In this document: positions 1-19,288 of the stretch, one piece after another
Layout: each line of letters begins with the position of its first letter
How positions within the stretch are numbered: the first letter of the stretch is position 1
NCBI RefSeq assembly: GCF_009914755.1
Contig: NC_060941.1
Direction: 5' to 3' (one strand)
Length of the DNA: 64,000 bases
Source of the DNA: the human T2T-CHM13v2.0 reference genome, Homo sapiens
The notes under the pieces: model-generated
Told to the model about the DNA's origin: nothing
Seen by the model: only the letters and a program-made list of their open reading frames with translations
The model's database searches: none
Made by a program: the position numbers and the translations under genes

Positions 1-787
1 CAACCCAGATTCCAAGGAGTTGAGGGATTTGATCATTTATGAAGGGGATTCGACCTGCATTTCTACCCTCTACCACCACAAAGTAAATTGTGAAATCATT
101 CACCCTTTTCTTCACTTCTAAATCCCTGTAGTGTCCATCTTTCCTGTTGCAAAGAAGTAGTAGAGGGGCAGAATCAGTCTGCAAGTGACAAATATTCTTT
201 TTGCCTTGCAGCTCCTACTTCCACCAGTTCTCTTCTTTCCCACTCTCTGGTGGGTGAGAACTCTGGTGGGTAAATGTCTTTCCTGAGAAAGAAAGCCTCA
301 ACTAAGTGGGTGGTTCTGAAACAAAAATAGTGGCAAAGACTTGGCTGATGGAGAAGTATCCAAGGCAGTTTTGTGGGATCTTCCTGTCCCTTCAAAAGCA
401 ACTGGGCTCTGGATTCATATGTTAAAGGGACAGTTACCTTGGTAAGCATCTCTGTGTGTCAGATTCCTGCCCAGAGCCAGTAGCCCCTTTGAAGTATATG
501 ATAGTTATCACAAGGATGGAAATGGAGAAAGGTTTTCAGAATCACAGCAGAGATAATCTAAAATATTCATGCTTGTCCACTCCACCCACCCCAATCCTCT
601 GGTCTGTCAGAATTAGCTTGGGGTAGGATTTTAATCATATAAAGTTCAGAAAATCTCCGTAGATGATTTTACTTCACTTGATTTAGTCCTAATTGAAAGC
701 TACTGAACAGAGAATTATCCAGCCATTTGAGTTACTTTGGGAGTATTGTGGCTACATGGAGTCTATAAATGAGGTGCCCATTAAAAA

Positions 788-807
788 ACACACACACACA
801 CACACAC
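788..807. repeat. (CA)n microsatellite
   Basis: About 10 CA units read directly. Confidence 0.95.
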
Positions 808-1385
808 CCCATGGGCCTTAAATAAGATGTGGATGGGATTAGACATATGCTTAGTCACCTGAAGGAGACGGGGCAGCTCCTAGGCATAACTGAAGATATT
901 ACCAAACCTAAAGAATGTGCCAAATTGAATGGATGGATAGTGCAGAGGAAAGAGAAGGTTGGTCAGTCAAGAGAACATAGACGAAGGGAAGCCACTGAAG
1001 CAAGGACTGGTAGTGCCCATCCCTGAGGGAGCCTCAGCAATTAGACCTTAAGTATCATGAACCATTGGCAAAACCATCACTATCACAAGAAGGATGAGTC
1101 AGGCCACCCGAGGCTGATGTCAGTAGGCATCAATCAACCTAATATCCCTGGTGCTAATTCCTTGCTTCTTCAAACAACCTTCTGGCCCCCTCTCTTAAAG
1201 GAAGAGAAAACACTCGTCTATATTTCTGGTCCCCAAGAAAGCAGTCTTTCATGGTGAATAGCTTTTGATTAATCATGATTTGGCATCCCATAAAGCTTGA
1301 TTCCAAGTCCCTGCTTGATATGGCCTAAGCTTACTCTTCAACCTCATCTTAAACCACTAATGGTGAAATGATAGAATCTTCTTAA

Positions 1386-1712
<327 letters not shown>

Positions 1713-1729
1713 ACCTTCAAGGGCTTTTT

Positions 1730-3545
1730 TTTTTTAAGGTGAAATTCTCATACATAAAATTAACCATTTTAAAGCGAACAATTTAGTGACATGTATCACA
1801 TTCACAATGTGGGGCAACCACCACCTCTATCTTCCAAAACATTGTCATCACCCCAAAAGGAAATCCCTTAGCCATTAAGCAGTTGCTCCCTATTCTCTCC
1901 TGCCCCCAGCCTCTAGCAAACATCAATCTTCATTCTATCTCTTTGGATTTTCCTATTGTGAATATTTCATGTAAATGGAATCATGCAATAGATGACCTTT
2001 TGTGTCTGGCTCCTTTCATTTAGCACAATGTTTTCAAGGGTCATCCACATTGTAGTGTTTATCCGTACTTCATTTCTTTTCATGGCTGAATAACATTCCA
2101 TTGTATGGATATGCCATAATTTGTTTATACATTCATCCATTGATGGATATTTGGGCTGTTTCCACCTTTCAGCCATTGTAAATAGTGTTGTTGTGAACAT
2201 GGATGTACATGTCTTTGAGTAGCAGACAAATACAGTCCTCATTTATACACTTCTTGGAATTGCTGGGTCATATGATAATTCTGTATTTAACATTTTAAGG
2301 AACCAACAAACTGTTTTCCACCATGGCTGAACCATTTTACATTCCCACCAGCGATATAAGAGGGTTCCAATTACTTCACATCCTGATCAACACTTACTAT
2401 TATCTATCTTTTCTTAATTATAGCCCTCTTAGTAGGTGTCATGCCCTAATAACTAATGATGCTTAGTATTTTTATGTGCTTGTTGGCCATTTGTACATTC
2501 TCTTTGGAGAAATGTCTATTCAAGTTTTTTCCCATTTAAAAAAAATAATTATTTATTCTTAGAGCCTGGATCTTGCAATATTACCTGGTCTACACTTGAA
2601 CTCCTAGGCTGAAGCAATTCTTCTCCTGAGTAGCTGGGGCTACAAGCACATGCGACCCTGCCCTGCACTTTTTGCCAACTTTAAAGTTGGGTTGTTTGTC
2701 TTTTTATTGTTGAGTTGTAAGAGTTCTTTATAGTCCAGATAGTAGACCCTTACCAAATATATAATTTACAAATATTTTTGACCATTCTGTAAGTTGTCAT
2801 TTTACTTTCTAAAACTATCCTTTGAGGCACAAAATTTATTTGTTTATTGCTCATACTTTTGGTGTTCTATGTAAGAATTCATTGCCAAATCCGAGATCAT
2901 GAAGATTTATCTTTGTTTTCTTCTAAGAGTTCTGTGGTTTTAACTCTTGTATTTATGTCATTAATGCATTTTAAGGTAATTTTTGCTTATGGTATGAAGT
3001 AGGTATCCAACTTAATTTTTTTGTATGTGGTTATCCAATTGTCCCAGCACCATTTGTTGAAGAGATTATTCTTTCTATATTGCATGGACTTGGTGTCCTT
3101 GTCAAAAATCAGCACCATAAACGTGTGAGTTTATTTCTGGACTTTCAATTCTCTTCTATATCTCTATCCTTATGCCAGTACCATACAGTTTTAATTAGTG
3201 TACCTTTGTAGTAAGTTTTGAAATTGGGAAGTATAACTCTTCCAACATTGTTCTTTTCCTTCAATATCATTTTGACTATTTGAGGTCCTTTGCAATTACA
3301 TTTTAATCTGAGGATTGGCTTTTCCATTTCTGCAAAAAAGTCTTTAAAATTATGATAGGGATTGCATTGAGTATGTAAATCACTTCGGGCTTTACTGCCA
3401 TCTAAATAATATTAAGTCTCCAACCTATGAACAAGGAATGTCTTTCCGTTTCTATAGGTCTTCCTTAAATTTTTTCAGCAATGCTTTTATAGTTTTCAGT
3501 GTACAAGTCTTTCATCACCTTGGTTAAACTTATTCCTGGGCATTA
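1730..3545 (-). mobile_element. Old L1 (L1MB-like) 3' portion, interrupted by an Alu monomer near 2555-2670
   Basis: Minus ORFs 1967-2242 and 3145-3327 resemble the L1 ORF2 C-terminus (WKQPKYPSMDE, FKTYYK..KTVWYWHKDRDI). Confidence 0.85.
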
Positions 3546-4154
3546 TATATCTGGGGAGAATGCTAAAAAGGATCATTCTTACTGGTGTGCAGAGAAGAGT
3601 CCTCACAGGAGAAAGGTTAAAAGCAGCAAGATGCATTGTATATTCCTGGTGAGAGATGATGATGCCTTGGGCAATAGGGTAGTCTCAGGAATGGCAAGAA
3701 GAGGTTGAATTCAGGATAACTTTGGAAGGTACAGCCAAAAGACAAGATTGACTGAGATATGGGAAAATTCTGAGTCAAGGATCACTTCAAGGTTTTTGAC
3801 CTAAGTAATTGGTGAATGATGGTGTCATTTACTGAGATGGAGAACACTGGACAAGGCACAAGGGAAAAAAGAACTTAATTTGGACAAATCGAGTTTGAAT
3901 TGTCTGTTAGAGATGGTTATTGTTTACCACAATTTATAATTGCATATCCATTTGTTTATTTGTTTATTGTTATTATTTATAGTTTCAATGGCTAGAAATG
4001 TTTACTTTATTAACTGTTGTGTCCCTCAGTAGACAGCAAACTCCATGAGGGTAAGAACCAAATCTGTCTATTAACTGTTGTATCCTCATGCCTAACACAA
4101 TGCCTGGCACATAGTAAGTTATCACTAAATATTTTTTAACAAATCAAAATGCAA

Positions 4155-4308
4155 GGCCAGCCAGACATAGTGGGTGTGTCTGTAGTCCCAGCTACTCAGG
4201 AGGCTGAGATGGGAGGATCATCTGAGCCTGGGAGGTCAAGGCTGCCAAGATTATGCCACTGCAGTCCAGCCTGGGCAACAGAGTGAGAACCTGAAAAAAA
4301 AAAAAAAG
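4155..4308 (+). mobile_element. Alu monomer (FRAM-like)
   Basis: Right-arm Alu sequence plus A tail. Confidence 0.8.
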
Positions 4309-4919
4309 CCAGGCCAGGTCCAGGTGGTTTTTCCTATATTCCTGATTTATAATATTACCTTCAGGTGTACATCCTTGTTCTTTACTTACTACTGCATTTC
4401 CAGTACTTTTTATTTTTGTAAGAAGTGAGGTTCCTTTATTCAAAATTTGACAAATCATGAAATGCCTCTCACCCCATCTCCTTACTCCTTACACTTTACC
4501 TTTCCATCCATGTAATCTCTGGCACAATGTCATGACTTAACAAATGCCAAGAAATGTAAGAAGAAAAGACCTAGTACTTCTCAATAACAATAGCTAATAT
4601 GTATTGAGTGCCAATTATGTGTCAGGCACGGTGTAAAATGCTCTGTATCATCTCATCCAATGTTTCTAACAAATGTATCAGCACAAAGCCTGAAGCGTTG
4701 TTGCATCTTTTCAGTTTTAGGGTCATATTCTTTGGAATATGAGTTTGTCCGTGTAGCCAAAGGGAACAGTTGAGATGGGTACATTAATTTACCTAAGTGA
4801 GTATATATAAATGTCATTTTTTAAAAAGATGCTGGCTACGCCAGCATAAATAAAGCCTTGGAGAATCTTGCAACTGGGCAAATGAGTAAATTTAAGGTAT
4901 TCATTTCAAAAAAAATCCA

Positions 4920-5835
<916 letters not shown>

Positions 5836-6366
5836 ATGAGTAAAAAAGGGTACAGAGATTGGGGTCAGAGCAGAGATGACACATTTCAGATCTGTCATCC
5901 CATGCAGTGCCCCCAGTCGGACTTATCTATGTGGCCTCCCTCCAAGTCTATTCATCCTTTAAAGAGGCATATCCAAGATGTTGCCCTCTGCACAGTGCTG
6001 CGTATCCAGGTCTCCATAACAGCTCTGGGGAACTTCACTGCTTCAGCGTCATCCCAAGGAGAAACCTTTGGGAGGGAAGCAGACATGGGTGTGATTTCAG
6101 ACACAAACACTTGAAACCTGGAGTGGAAGTTCAGTCTCTTAGAATTTTTTATTGGCAAGGACCTTAGGTGTTTGTCTCATTTTTGTAGATCAGGACACTG
6201 GGAGGCTCCCTTTTCTCCTTAGCCATGGCTGGAGGCCAAGTCCAGCCCTCAAGGATCATTGTCAGGACCAACACAAGCTGGACAGCCTTGTTTTCCTACC
6301 TCAGATGGGAAAAAGAAAAGAAACTTGGACCCAGTAAAAATGAGTAATTTATTTAAAGGCCAGTTA

Positions 6367-6663
<297 letters not shown>

Positions 6664-7359
6664 CAGGCCAGTTAGTAGCTTCAGACATATTTCTCAACAA
6701 TGTTAGTTTTTTTCAATGTTAATGAAATATCCTCCCCTGCCTTTTAATGGATTCTGACTCAAAACCCTAATACATAGAACAGATAGGAAGTGAGCTGTTC
6801 TGGCTAAGGAAAGAGGTGGGAGCCTCAGTTCTAGCTACATATTTACGTTTTACTACCTTCCAATAGGTTAGTGAAAGGATTCCATAGGGTTCCGAAGAGT
6901 TCTATAGGATTTCTATGGAACCCTTGGAAGCAGAGTTTAAAATCTGTATCACTTTAAGGCTGCATATTATTCCAGTATGGGGTTATTCTGTAATTTACAT
7001 AACCAGTCCCCTATTGCTGGCCACTTTATTCAGTCAAACTTTCAATTTTATGAACATTCATCTCTGCACTTATTTCTATTTTATCATGATATGGAATTTT
7101 TGGGTCAAAGGTATTTTAATGCTTTTAAGACATATTAACAAATCACTCTCCAAAATGGCTATAAGAATTTACAGTCCCAGCCGCAGTATATTCATGAGTG
7201 GCTGATTTCCCTATAAAAAAATCAACACCGGATTTTAACAGTATTTTTCATTTGGCCAATCTGATACAGAAAAAATGGAATCTAAGTATTGTTCAAATTT
7301 GCATGTCTTTGATCACTACTACGGCTAAACTTTTGGGGTGAATTTTACTGGCTATTTAA

Positions 7360-7760
<401 letters not shown>

Positions 7761-8014
7761 AACTCCTTATCTATAAGTAAAGATTTCTGAGTGTTAAATT
7801 TGCCTTTTGTTTATCATATAATTTTTAAATATTTATTTCAAATCTAGCAGTCTTTTTCTTTACAGTTTCTGCTGTAAGCTAATGTTTTTTAAATTATATT
7901 GAGAAATGTCTTCCCTACTCCAAACATTTTCTTTTAGTGGTAATTCCTCAGTTGTGTGAGTGTTAAGACTTCTTTAGTAAAAAATACCATAGTACACTGG
8001 TTAAGAGTAAAAGC

Positions 8015-8300
8015 TGTAGGATACAAAGTTTCAGTTAGACAAGAGGAAGGAGTTTTTGAGATCTATTGCACAGCATGGTGACTATAGTTAATAATACTGT
8101 GTTGCATGTTTCAAAATTGCTGAGAAAGTAAATTTCAAATGTTCTCACCCCAAAAAAATGATAAGTATATAAGGTGATGTATATGTTAATTAGCTTAATT
8201 TAATCATTCCACATCGAATACATATATCAAAACATCACATTGTACTCCATAAATATATATAATTATATTTTGTCAATTAAAAATAAATTTTTAAAAAGAA
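8015..8300 (+). mobile_element. L1MA-like 3' end
   Basis: ggatacaaagtttcagttagac...gagatctattgcacagcatggtgactatagttaataata...gtcaattaaaaataaa matches the L1MA 3' UTR as I recall it. Confidence 0.8.
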
Positions 8301-8544
8301 TAAGCTACACCCACACACAAAAGTAAGTCACAGCTATTGGATTAGTTGGTCCTAGATTTGAGTACAAGTTCCCCTGACTTATTAGTCATGAGCCCTTGAT
8401 CAACTTAAATTCTTTGAACCTGTTTACACATCTGAAAATAGAAATAAAATTAATAGTACCAACCTCATAGAATTGTCATGATGCTCAGATTAGTTAATGC
8501 TTATGACATACTTGGTATCAGGTCTGGCAAATAGTAAACAATAA

Positions 8545-8831
<287 letters not shown>

Positions 8832-9007
8832 TACTGAATTCATCTTTATTTATAATGGCATATGATATGATATAGGAATTTGAGTGTTCTTTTTTACCCC
8901 AGATCTTTAACCAATTTGTCTTAGCATTTTCTGAATAACTGGTCATTTCATAATTGATTAGAAAATGTCACTGTCATGAAATATACTTATATATACTTTT
9001 TTAAAAA

Positions 9008-9683
<676 letters not shown>

Positions 9684-9732
9684 CTACACTGGGGGTAGTG
9701 CAAGGTCAGAGACATGAACATACATTTGAAAG

Positions 9733-9865
9733 GCCTGTCTCCAAGGTCCCTTAGAGCAACCCATCCAAGAAACAGTCTGCGTACCCTGACAAGGAAGCTG
9801 CTGTTTGCAGCCATGGCACACCAGGTCCCTGTGAGGAAAGAAACTCAGTTGGCTTAATTGGCTTC
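9733..9865 (-). ncRNA. SNORA70: SNORA70 (U70) H/ACA snoRNA retrocopy, probably a pseudogene
   Basis: Minus strand agccaattaagccaactgagttt...ggctgcaaACAGCAgcttcc...ctaagggaccttggagACAggc matches SNORA70 as recalled. H box at 9799-9804 and ACA at 9736-9738, 3 nt from the end. Adjacent to sequence from its known host gene RPL10. Confidence 0.92.
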
Positions 9866-11236
9866 TACAAACTTTTATTTGTTATGGGATTTCTACTCTA
9901 TTTCATTGATTTGCCTGTTTGCTTTTGCACATTTAGCACACTATTTTACTTTGTAGCATTGTATAGCGTTGTAACATGTTTTCCTACTTAGTTGTAAAAG
10001 TACTCCCCTGATATTACTTTTTATATTTTCATGATTGTATTTATTGAAACAACTTCTGTATGGAGCACTGTCATAGCTTAGTGAAGGGAGTACTGGAATT
10101 AGAGGACACAGTCACTACTGTGAGTGGGATGTATGTGTGTTTGTGTAGTGGAGCCGTGGGGGAGAGATCTTCCATTTCACCATTCATTCTCATATCAGGC
10201 ATAGTGTTTGGTTTGGAAATATAGGCTGAATAAGACATGGACTCTGCTCTCAAGAAGTCTTCAGTGTAGGGCAGAGACAAATAAAACAGTGATTTTTAGC
10301 ACTGGATGATTGTAGAGGGTGATATGGGAGCACAGAGGTGGGTCATCGCAATGAGGAAGTGACAGCTGATTTGAGTTTTGAAGGATACAATTGAGGTGGC
10401 AAAGCAGAAAGGAAGTGAAGGTAGAAGGGGGCACAGGAGAAAGGTCCTCTGGGAAGGGGAACAGAATGCGTGAAGGTATATCAATTTGTAGAAAACAACA
10501 ACCTGTTCGGTGTGGTTGGAGAGGATGTGGGAGGTGGGGGGATGACTGGAGTGTAAAGGTACATACACCCAAAATAACTCCAGGACATCTAAAGGGCAGC
10601 TTCACTACCGGAGTTCTAGCTGATGCCCTTTCTTCTCCCTGAAGCTTTCAGCATACTCCATTGCATGAAGATTTGGTCAGTCCAGATTACTGAGGAAGAA
10701 TCCTGTGATATTTTGTGACATCTTTTGTTCATTTTTATTTAATTTCCACTCCTGTTCCTTGAACGCAGCTTCTACAAATTTACTTGCCAGACACATCTCT
10801 AGATACTAGGATATAAAGTGAACAAAATGAAGACCCTGCCCTCATAGAGTTTATAGTTTGAGTAAAGGAAGACAGAAAATTAAAAAAACAAGGATGTAAA
10901 TATGTAGTTTGCTAGTTGGCAATAAAGGATGCTTTGGAGAAAAATAAATCTGCATCAGAGGGATAAATATGCAGTACTTCCTACATTATGTTGTAACTCC
11001 TCCCCACTAGACTGAGTGCTTTTTGAGGTCCTAGATTTTATTTTATCAATTCCTGTAGTTGACTAGTCCAGTGCCTAGAAAAGAGTACATGTTTAATAAA
11101 AATAGAAAAGCAATATAGGTTACACCTGGGTGAGGCTGCCTTGGCCCAATTCAGTCTCTGCCACTAATTAATCATGACCTTGGATAAAGTACTCAGTTCT
11201 GTATGCCTCAGTTTCCTTATCTTAAAAATGAAGACT

Positions 11237-11540
11237 GGCCGGGTGCGGCGGCTCACACCTGTAATCTCAGCACTTTGGGAGGCCGAGGCAGGCGGATCAC
11301 CTGAGGTCGGGAGTTCAAGACCAGCCTGACCAACATGGTGAAACCCCCATCTCTACTAAAAATACAAAATTAGCCAGGCATGGTGGCTCATGCCTGTAAT
11401 CCCAGCTACTCGGGAGGCTGAGGCAGGAGAATCACTTGAACCTGGTGGGGGTGTAGGTTGCAGTGAGCTAGATTGTTCCATTGCACTCTAGCCTGGGCAA
11501 CAAGAGTGAAACTCTGTCTCAAAAAAAAAAAAAAAAAAAA
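11237..11540 (+). mobile_element. AluS-like, inserted in a MIR (about 11130-11660)
   Basis: Full Alu; flanks carry the MIR core (cctcagtttccttatct...catagggttgctaagagaattaaataagataat). Confidence 0.9.
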
Positions 11541-11964
11541 GACAAAGAAGGTACCATCCTCATAGGGTTGCTAAGAGAATTAAATAAGATAATATATTAA
11601 AACACTTAAAATTGTCCCTCTGCATAGGTAGCACTCAACAAATGACAACTGTTATTACTCAGTAATGGACTATAATCTGAGTGCATTCCAACAACATGGA
11701 CCTTAGGGCAATGAAAATAATTTATTGTCAGTTGAAGATATTGCTAGTGCTAGAGTCTGCTTCTGAATTTACACCAGTATATCATGCAGCCCAAATGCTG
11801 TCTGAGATATTTACCCAGAACATGGCGGCATGAGCAACTGACACAGCTCCTGGCTGTCCTTTCATGTACTTCAGACCCGACTTTGCATCCCGCAGCCCGC
11901 TAGAATGGAGGCTCTCTGCCTCGTTACTAGGTTTGGGAATATGGCATTAAAAATAGGATTGTCG

Positions 11965-12425
<461 letters not shown>

Positions 12426-13081
12426 TTAAATTTGTCTGGGGATGCTGTAGTTTGCAAAGCACTCTCCTATCCATTATCATTCAATCTGCAAGCAAACACT
12501 CCAGAGAGGCAAGACAGGGTGATCATTTCCACTTAACGGCGATGAAAACGAGACTTATATGGTTAAGCCTCAGCCACGTTCTTCTCACTCATGATTCTGT
12601 CTCTGTGCCCTACATGAGGTTTCTCACAAATCCTGGGTTCCCTCAAACTAGTCAACATGTTGATATGGGCCCTTATCTTGGTATTTATCAATTTTTATAT
12701 ATTTTTCAGCATATCCAAAACTTCCCCATGTTTAGAGACACAAAATATATAACTATATATTTTTTTTTAGGTTAGGTGAAGCTGACCTCAATCCACTGGA
12801 GCAGCATGAATCTTCTGCACCCAGTACCTAACAGCTCTCTGTCATGGAGGCCAACAACCCCTGGTTGTAGGATGGAGGCTAGAATTCTGAAGTGACTCCA
12901 AACAAGTCCATAGTTTCCCTGAGTAATAATGATGATAGTTGATCTGTTACCATGGCACAAATCAAGGCATACTGGAAAATATACTCTGCTATATACTCAG
13001 GTCAGTAGCTTTTAAAAAATTGGTGATGTGTAGCATATTGAAATAAGTTTGCTAACTTATTATACCATGTAAGGATAGTAA

Positions 13082-13105
13082 ATCATCATCATCATCATCA
13101 TCATC
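13082..13105. repeat. (ATC)n microsatellite
   Basis: 8 ATC units. Confidence 0.9.
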
Positions 13106-13476
13106 AAATAACAATATAGGGGCATTTCGACACCAAGAAGGTAGGAGAAATAGAATCTCAGAAGAAGGGACAGTACATTTAGCTTTACGAAGAACTCACA
13201 AATCATCCTAATATTTCCTGTTCTAACAAGGTTTGTGCAAAACACTTCATCAGGCACTTGCTCTAGGGCTGGCATTTGAAATCACTGCTCTGGGAGTTAT
13301 AACATCATTTCTACACTTTTTGGCCTGGTATCCTTAACTCCTGCTATGTTCAGAGCTGGAGAATTCCAGGCCTAAGAAGGTAAAATATGGACTAACAATA
13401 CAGGTTCTCTGCACATCTGAGATGGCCCAAAGACTTGTGAATCATTCTTTCTGGATATGCTATTAAAAGCAGTGGG

Positions 13477-13990
<514 letters not shown>

Positions 13991-14059
13991 TTACCAATAC
14001 CCACATTAAAAAGCCCTATTGTGAACATTTGGGCAGACATTATTATTGTTATCATCATT

Positions 14060-14353
14060 TAGAGAAACAGGGTCTCACTCTGTTGCCCATGCTAGAGAGC
14101 AGTGGCATGATCATAGCTCACTGTAAGTTCAAACTTTTAGGCTTAAGTGATCCTCCCACCTTAGCCTTCTGAGTAGCTAGGACAACAGGTTCATGCCACC
14201 ATGCATTGCTTACTTTTTGGTTTTATTTTTTGGTAGAGTTGGGGGTCTCTTTATGTTGCCCAGGCTGGTCTTGAACTCCTGGCCTCAAGTGATCCTCCCA
14301 TTCAGCATTCCAAAGTGCTTGGATTACAGGCATGTGCTACTGCACCCAGTCCA
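14060..14353 (-). mobile_element. AluJ-like
   Basis: Diverged antisense Alu. Confidence 0.85.
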
Positions 14354-14729
14354 GACATTATAAATGTCATTATAAAGTGAAAAGCGTATTACTAAAAAAA
14401 AGCAAGAGGAGAGAGAGAATATTTTTTGAGTGTCTAACATGTGTCAGACACATGCAAGCAAACCAAATATCATTCACAATAACCTTCAAAACTAGCTATC
14501 CTTATTTTATGAGTGAGGAAATTGATGTAGAAGATAGAGAACCAGAACAAGATCACATAGCTGGAAACTGACAGAGTTCAAGTCTATTTGAATCTGGAAC
14601 CATGCTTTCTATATAACATCACTACGGAAAAGAGAACAAGACCTAGAGTCACACTGTCTTTTAGCATGGTGAAATATAAACCACTGGAACCAAAAGTACT
14701 TGCAGGTTAAAACTAAAGGGGGGCTTCTT

Positions 14730-15095
14730 AAAGTTGATAAATACCATCTATGAAAAACCTACCAATAACATTATTCTGAATGCTGAAAGACTGAACGGTA
14801 GAAGACTGTTTCCTAAGATTGGGAACAAGGCAAGGAAGTTTTGCTCTCATCACTTTTATTCAACTATTCATTGGAGGTCCTAGACAGTGTAATAAGTCAA
14901 GAAAAATAAATAAAAGGCCTAAATGTTGGAAAGGAAGACATAAAACTGTTTTTATTTATAGATTAATAAGATTAGAGAATCCTCAAGAACCTAGAAAAAA
15001 GCTACTAGAATAAATGGATTTAGCAAGCCTGCAAAAAAAATCAAGTGTGTTTCCATATACCAGCAATGAACTACTGGAAAATAAAATTTAAAAAC
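14730..15095 (+). mobile_element. Old L1 ORF2 fragment
   Basis: ORF 14819-15013 (GTRQG...LENPQEPRKKLLE) resembles the L1 reverse transcriptase region. Confidence 0.7.
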
Positions 15096-15764
15096 CAATG
15101 CCAGCCTGGTGTGGTGGCTCACACCTATAAATCCAACACTTTGGGAGGCTGCAGCTGGAAGATCAATTGAGCCCAGGAGTTCGAGATCAGCCTGGGTAAC
15201 ATGGCAAGGGAGACCTCGTATCTATAAAGACAAACGAACAAAAAAGAATCCACAGCTCATGGAACTTAAAATATTTATTGGATTAAATTACAGCTCAATA
15301 AAGTTGATTTTAAAAATAAAAAATTTTGCATTGAAAATTTTTTAAATAAATTCCTAGTTGTGTCCTTGTACTAGCAACTGTAAAGAAAGACTTGCACAGA
15401 CCCGGTCTCAGGTTGTGCACATGTGCTCTTTATTTGGAAATGATGGCCTACGCAGGTAAACAGAGGTAAAATGTCTGACCAAATAGAAGAAATGCATTGT
15501 TCCAAGATTTGATTTTTATTGCTAGACTACTGCTTAAAATCTGAACATATCAACAACAGGTTTTGAAGGCAGGAGACAAGAGTAAAGTCACAGGGATAGT
15601 CAATGGAGAGAATTAATGAGGCCATGAGAATCTCATATAGGGCAGTAGGAAAGTCATTAAATGCTCTCCTATCTTCTATCTTGAAAGGATTCCTGAAAGG
15701 GCAAGACTGAAGGCTTTAGCAAGAGAGGATATGCACACTCTGGCAGCCCAGAGTTCTGAGGTTA

Positions 15765-16461
<697 letters not shown>

Positions 16462-16572
16462 ATTGTACCCCTGCATAAGGAAACATGGATGGGAATACTT
16501 ATTGAAGAGTTGCTTGTAAAAAAAAAATGAGAAATGAGAAAGGATTTAATGAAGTAAGGCACAAAGTCACAT

Positions 16573-17030
16573 CTGTTTTGGAGCGGATCCTATCAGTTCC
16601 CCACCCATATGACCTAGCACTTACCATGTCTGTGTGTGTCAACTGACTTCCAATTGATAGCACAAGCATCTCCTTGACTGAAGGCTTTTTCTGGCCACCA
16701 GAGCCCTCTCTGCCCAGATGCAAGGCAGGCCAAAAGTCCCTGAGTCAATGTGCCTCTGAAGTAGCCCTTGATCAATGGCAGATGGAAGTCAGTGGATAAA
16801 TACTCCAGCTCTCTTTAGGTAGAAGTGTTGGACAGTTGTGTGCTACATTGGCTCCCAGTTTCCCCATGGAGTTGAGCTCTGGTTTTACATACAGTGATGA
16901 CTTGCTTTGAAAAACACCCTTTATTGGCTTCCTTCCCTTCCCTGTCTCACTTCCCCATTACCCTATTTTCTGGGATCACCTCCCACATAAAGTAATCACA
17001 CTTAAATCCTGTCTCAAGGTCACCTTTCAA
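16573..17030 (+). mobile_element. Solo LTR, LTR16 (ERVL)-like
   Basis: Resembles the LTR16 consensus as I recall it (ggcttccttcccttccctgtctcacttcccc...tgggatcacctccca). Confidence 0.5.
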
Positions 17031-17135
17031 ATTCAGCATTATGAAAAGAACAAAGCACATTAATAAATAGATTATGAAAATATCCTCATAACATATTGTT
17101 AAGTGAAAAAGCATTTTATAGAACTATGTGTATAG

Positions 17136-17847
<712 letters not shown>

Positions 17848-18579
17848 TACTTGTGTTTCTAAAAGTAAATTTAAAATACTTTATAATGGATGGAAGAGCT
17901 CAGTTTACGTCAGCTTAAACCAACACTGGGCACTGGGGACGCCTAGCAAAATAGGAGCCAAGTCTCTGCCCTTGGGGAGCTTGTAGAGCATTAAAGGCAA
18001 CAGATGAGTAAACATTTGCAAGGCCAGGTGACAAGTACCATGACAGACAAAAGCAGAGTGACTGCAGTAACCCAGAGGTGGGGCCTGGCCAGCCATCTGC
18101 AGAAAAAATTCATTCCTCTCCTACCTGCCCTGCAGCCTTAGGTACACTTCAACCCAAATCACTAGAGCTCAGTCAGCAGAGCTAAAGGTATAACAATTAA
18201 GAATTAAGCAAATCAGGTACTTACCACCCAGTCAGAATACAGTTTTAATGGAAGGATAATGACATCCCTGGAGGAATGTCCTGGAGCAGAAATTTATCAG
18301 TGTTTCTAGCACCCCCAGGAATTTCTAGTGGACAATTACATTGACACATCGCCCCTAGCTTTTCAGATCTCTCACCAGCCTCCGGACCTCCCACCCCTGC
18401 CCCATGCTCTGAGACCAGCCCACTGAGCAACCTTCTGCTGAGGATTTAGCTTTCCATGGAGGCTTGCTAGGGGAAGAAAGTGTATTTGAGGAGGCAAGTG
18501 TTACAATCCAGCTGTCACTGGAAGGCAATCAACTGGCCGGTTTCTTGCCTCTGGGACCTTATTACAAGGCCCATTAGCC

Positions 18580-19288
<709 letters not shown>

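Noticed and set aside
4715-4803. Acceptor/donor pair (ttttag ... aa|gtgagt); similar isolated sites near 12770 and 26312
   Set aside because: Isolated splice-like motifs in upstream DNA with no ORF or transcript evidence; common by chance.
6170-6310. Possible H/ACA or scaRNA-like sequence on the minus strand (ends in ACA plus 3 nt)
   Set aside because: I could not place a convincing H box with two hairpins or match a known RNA; needs an Rfam search.
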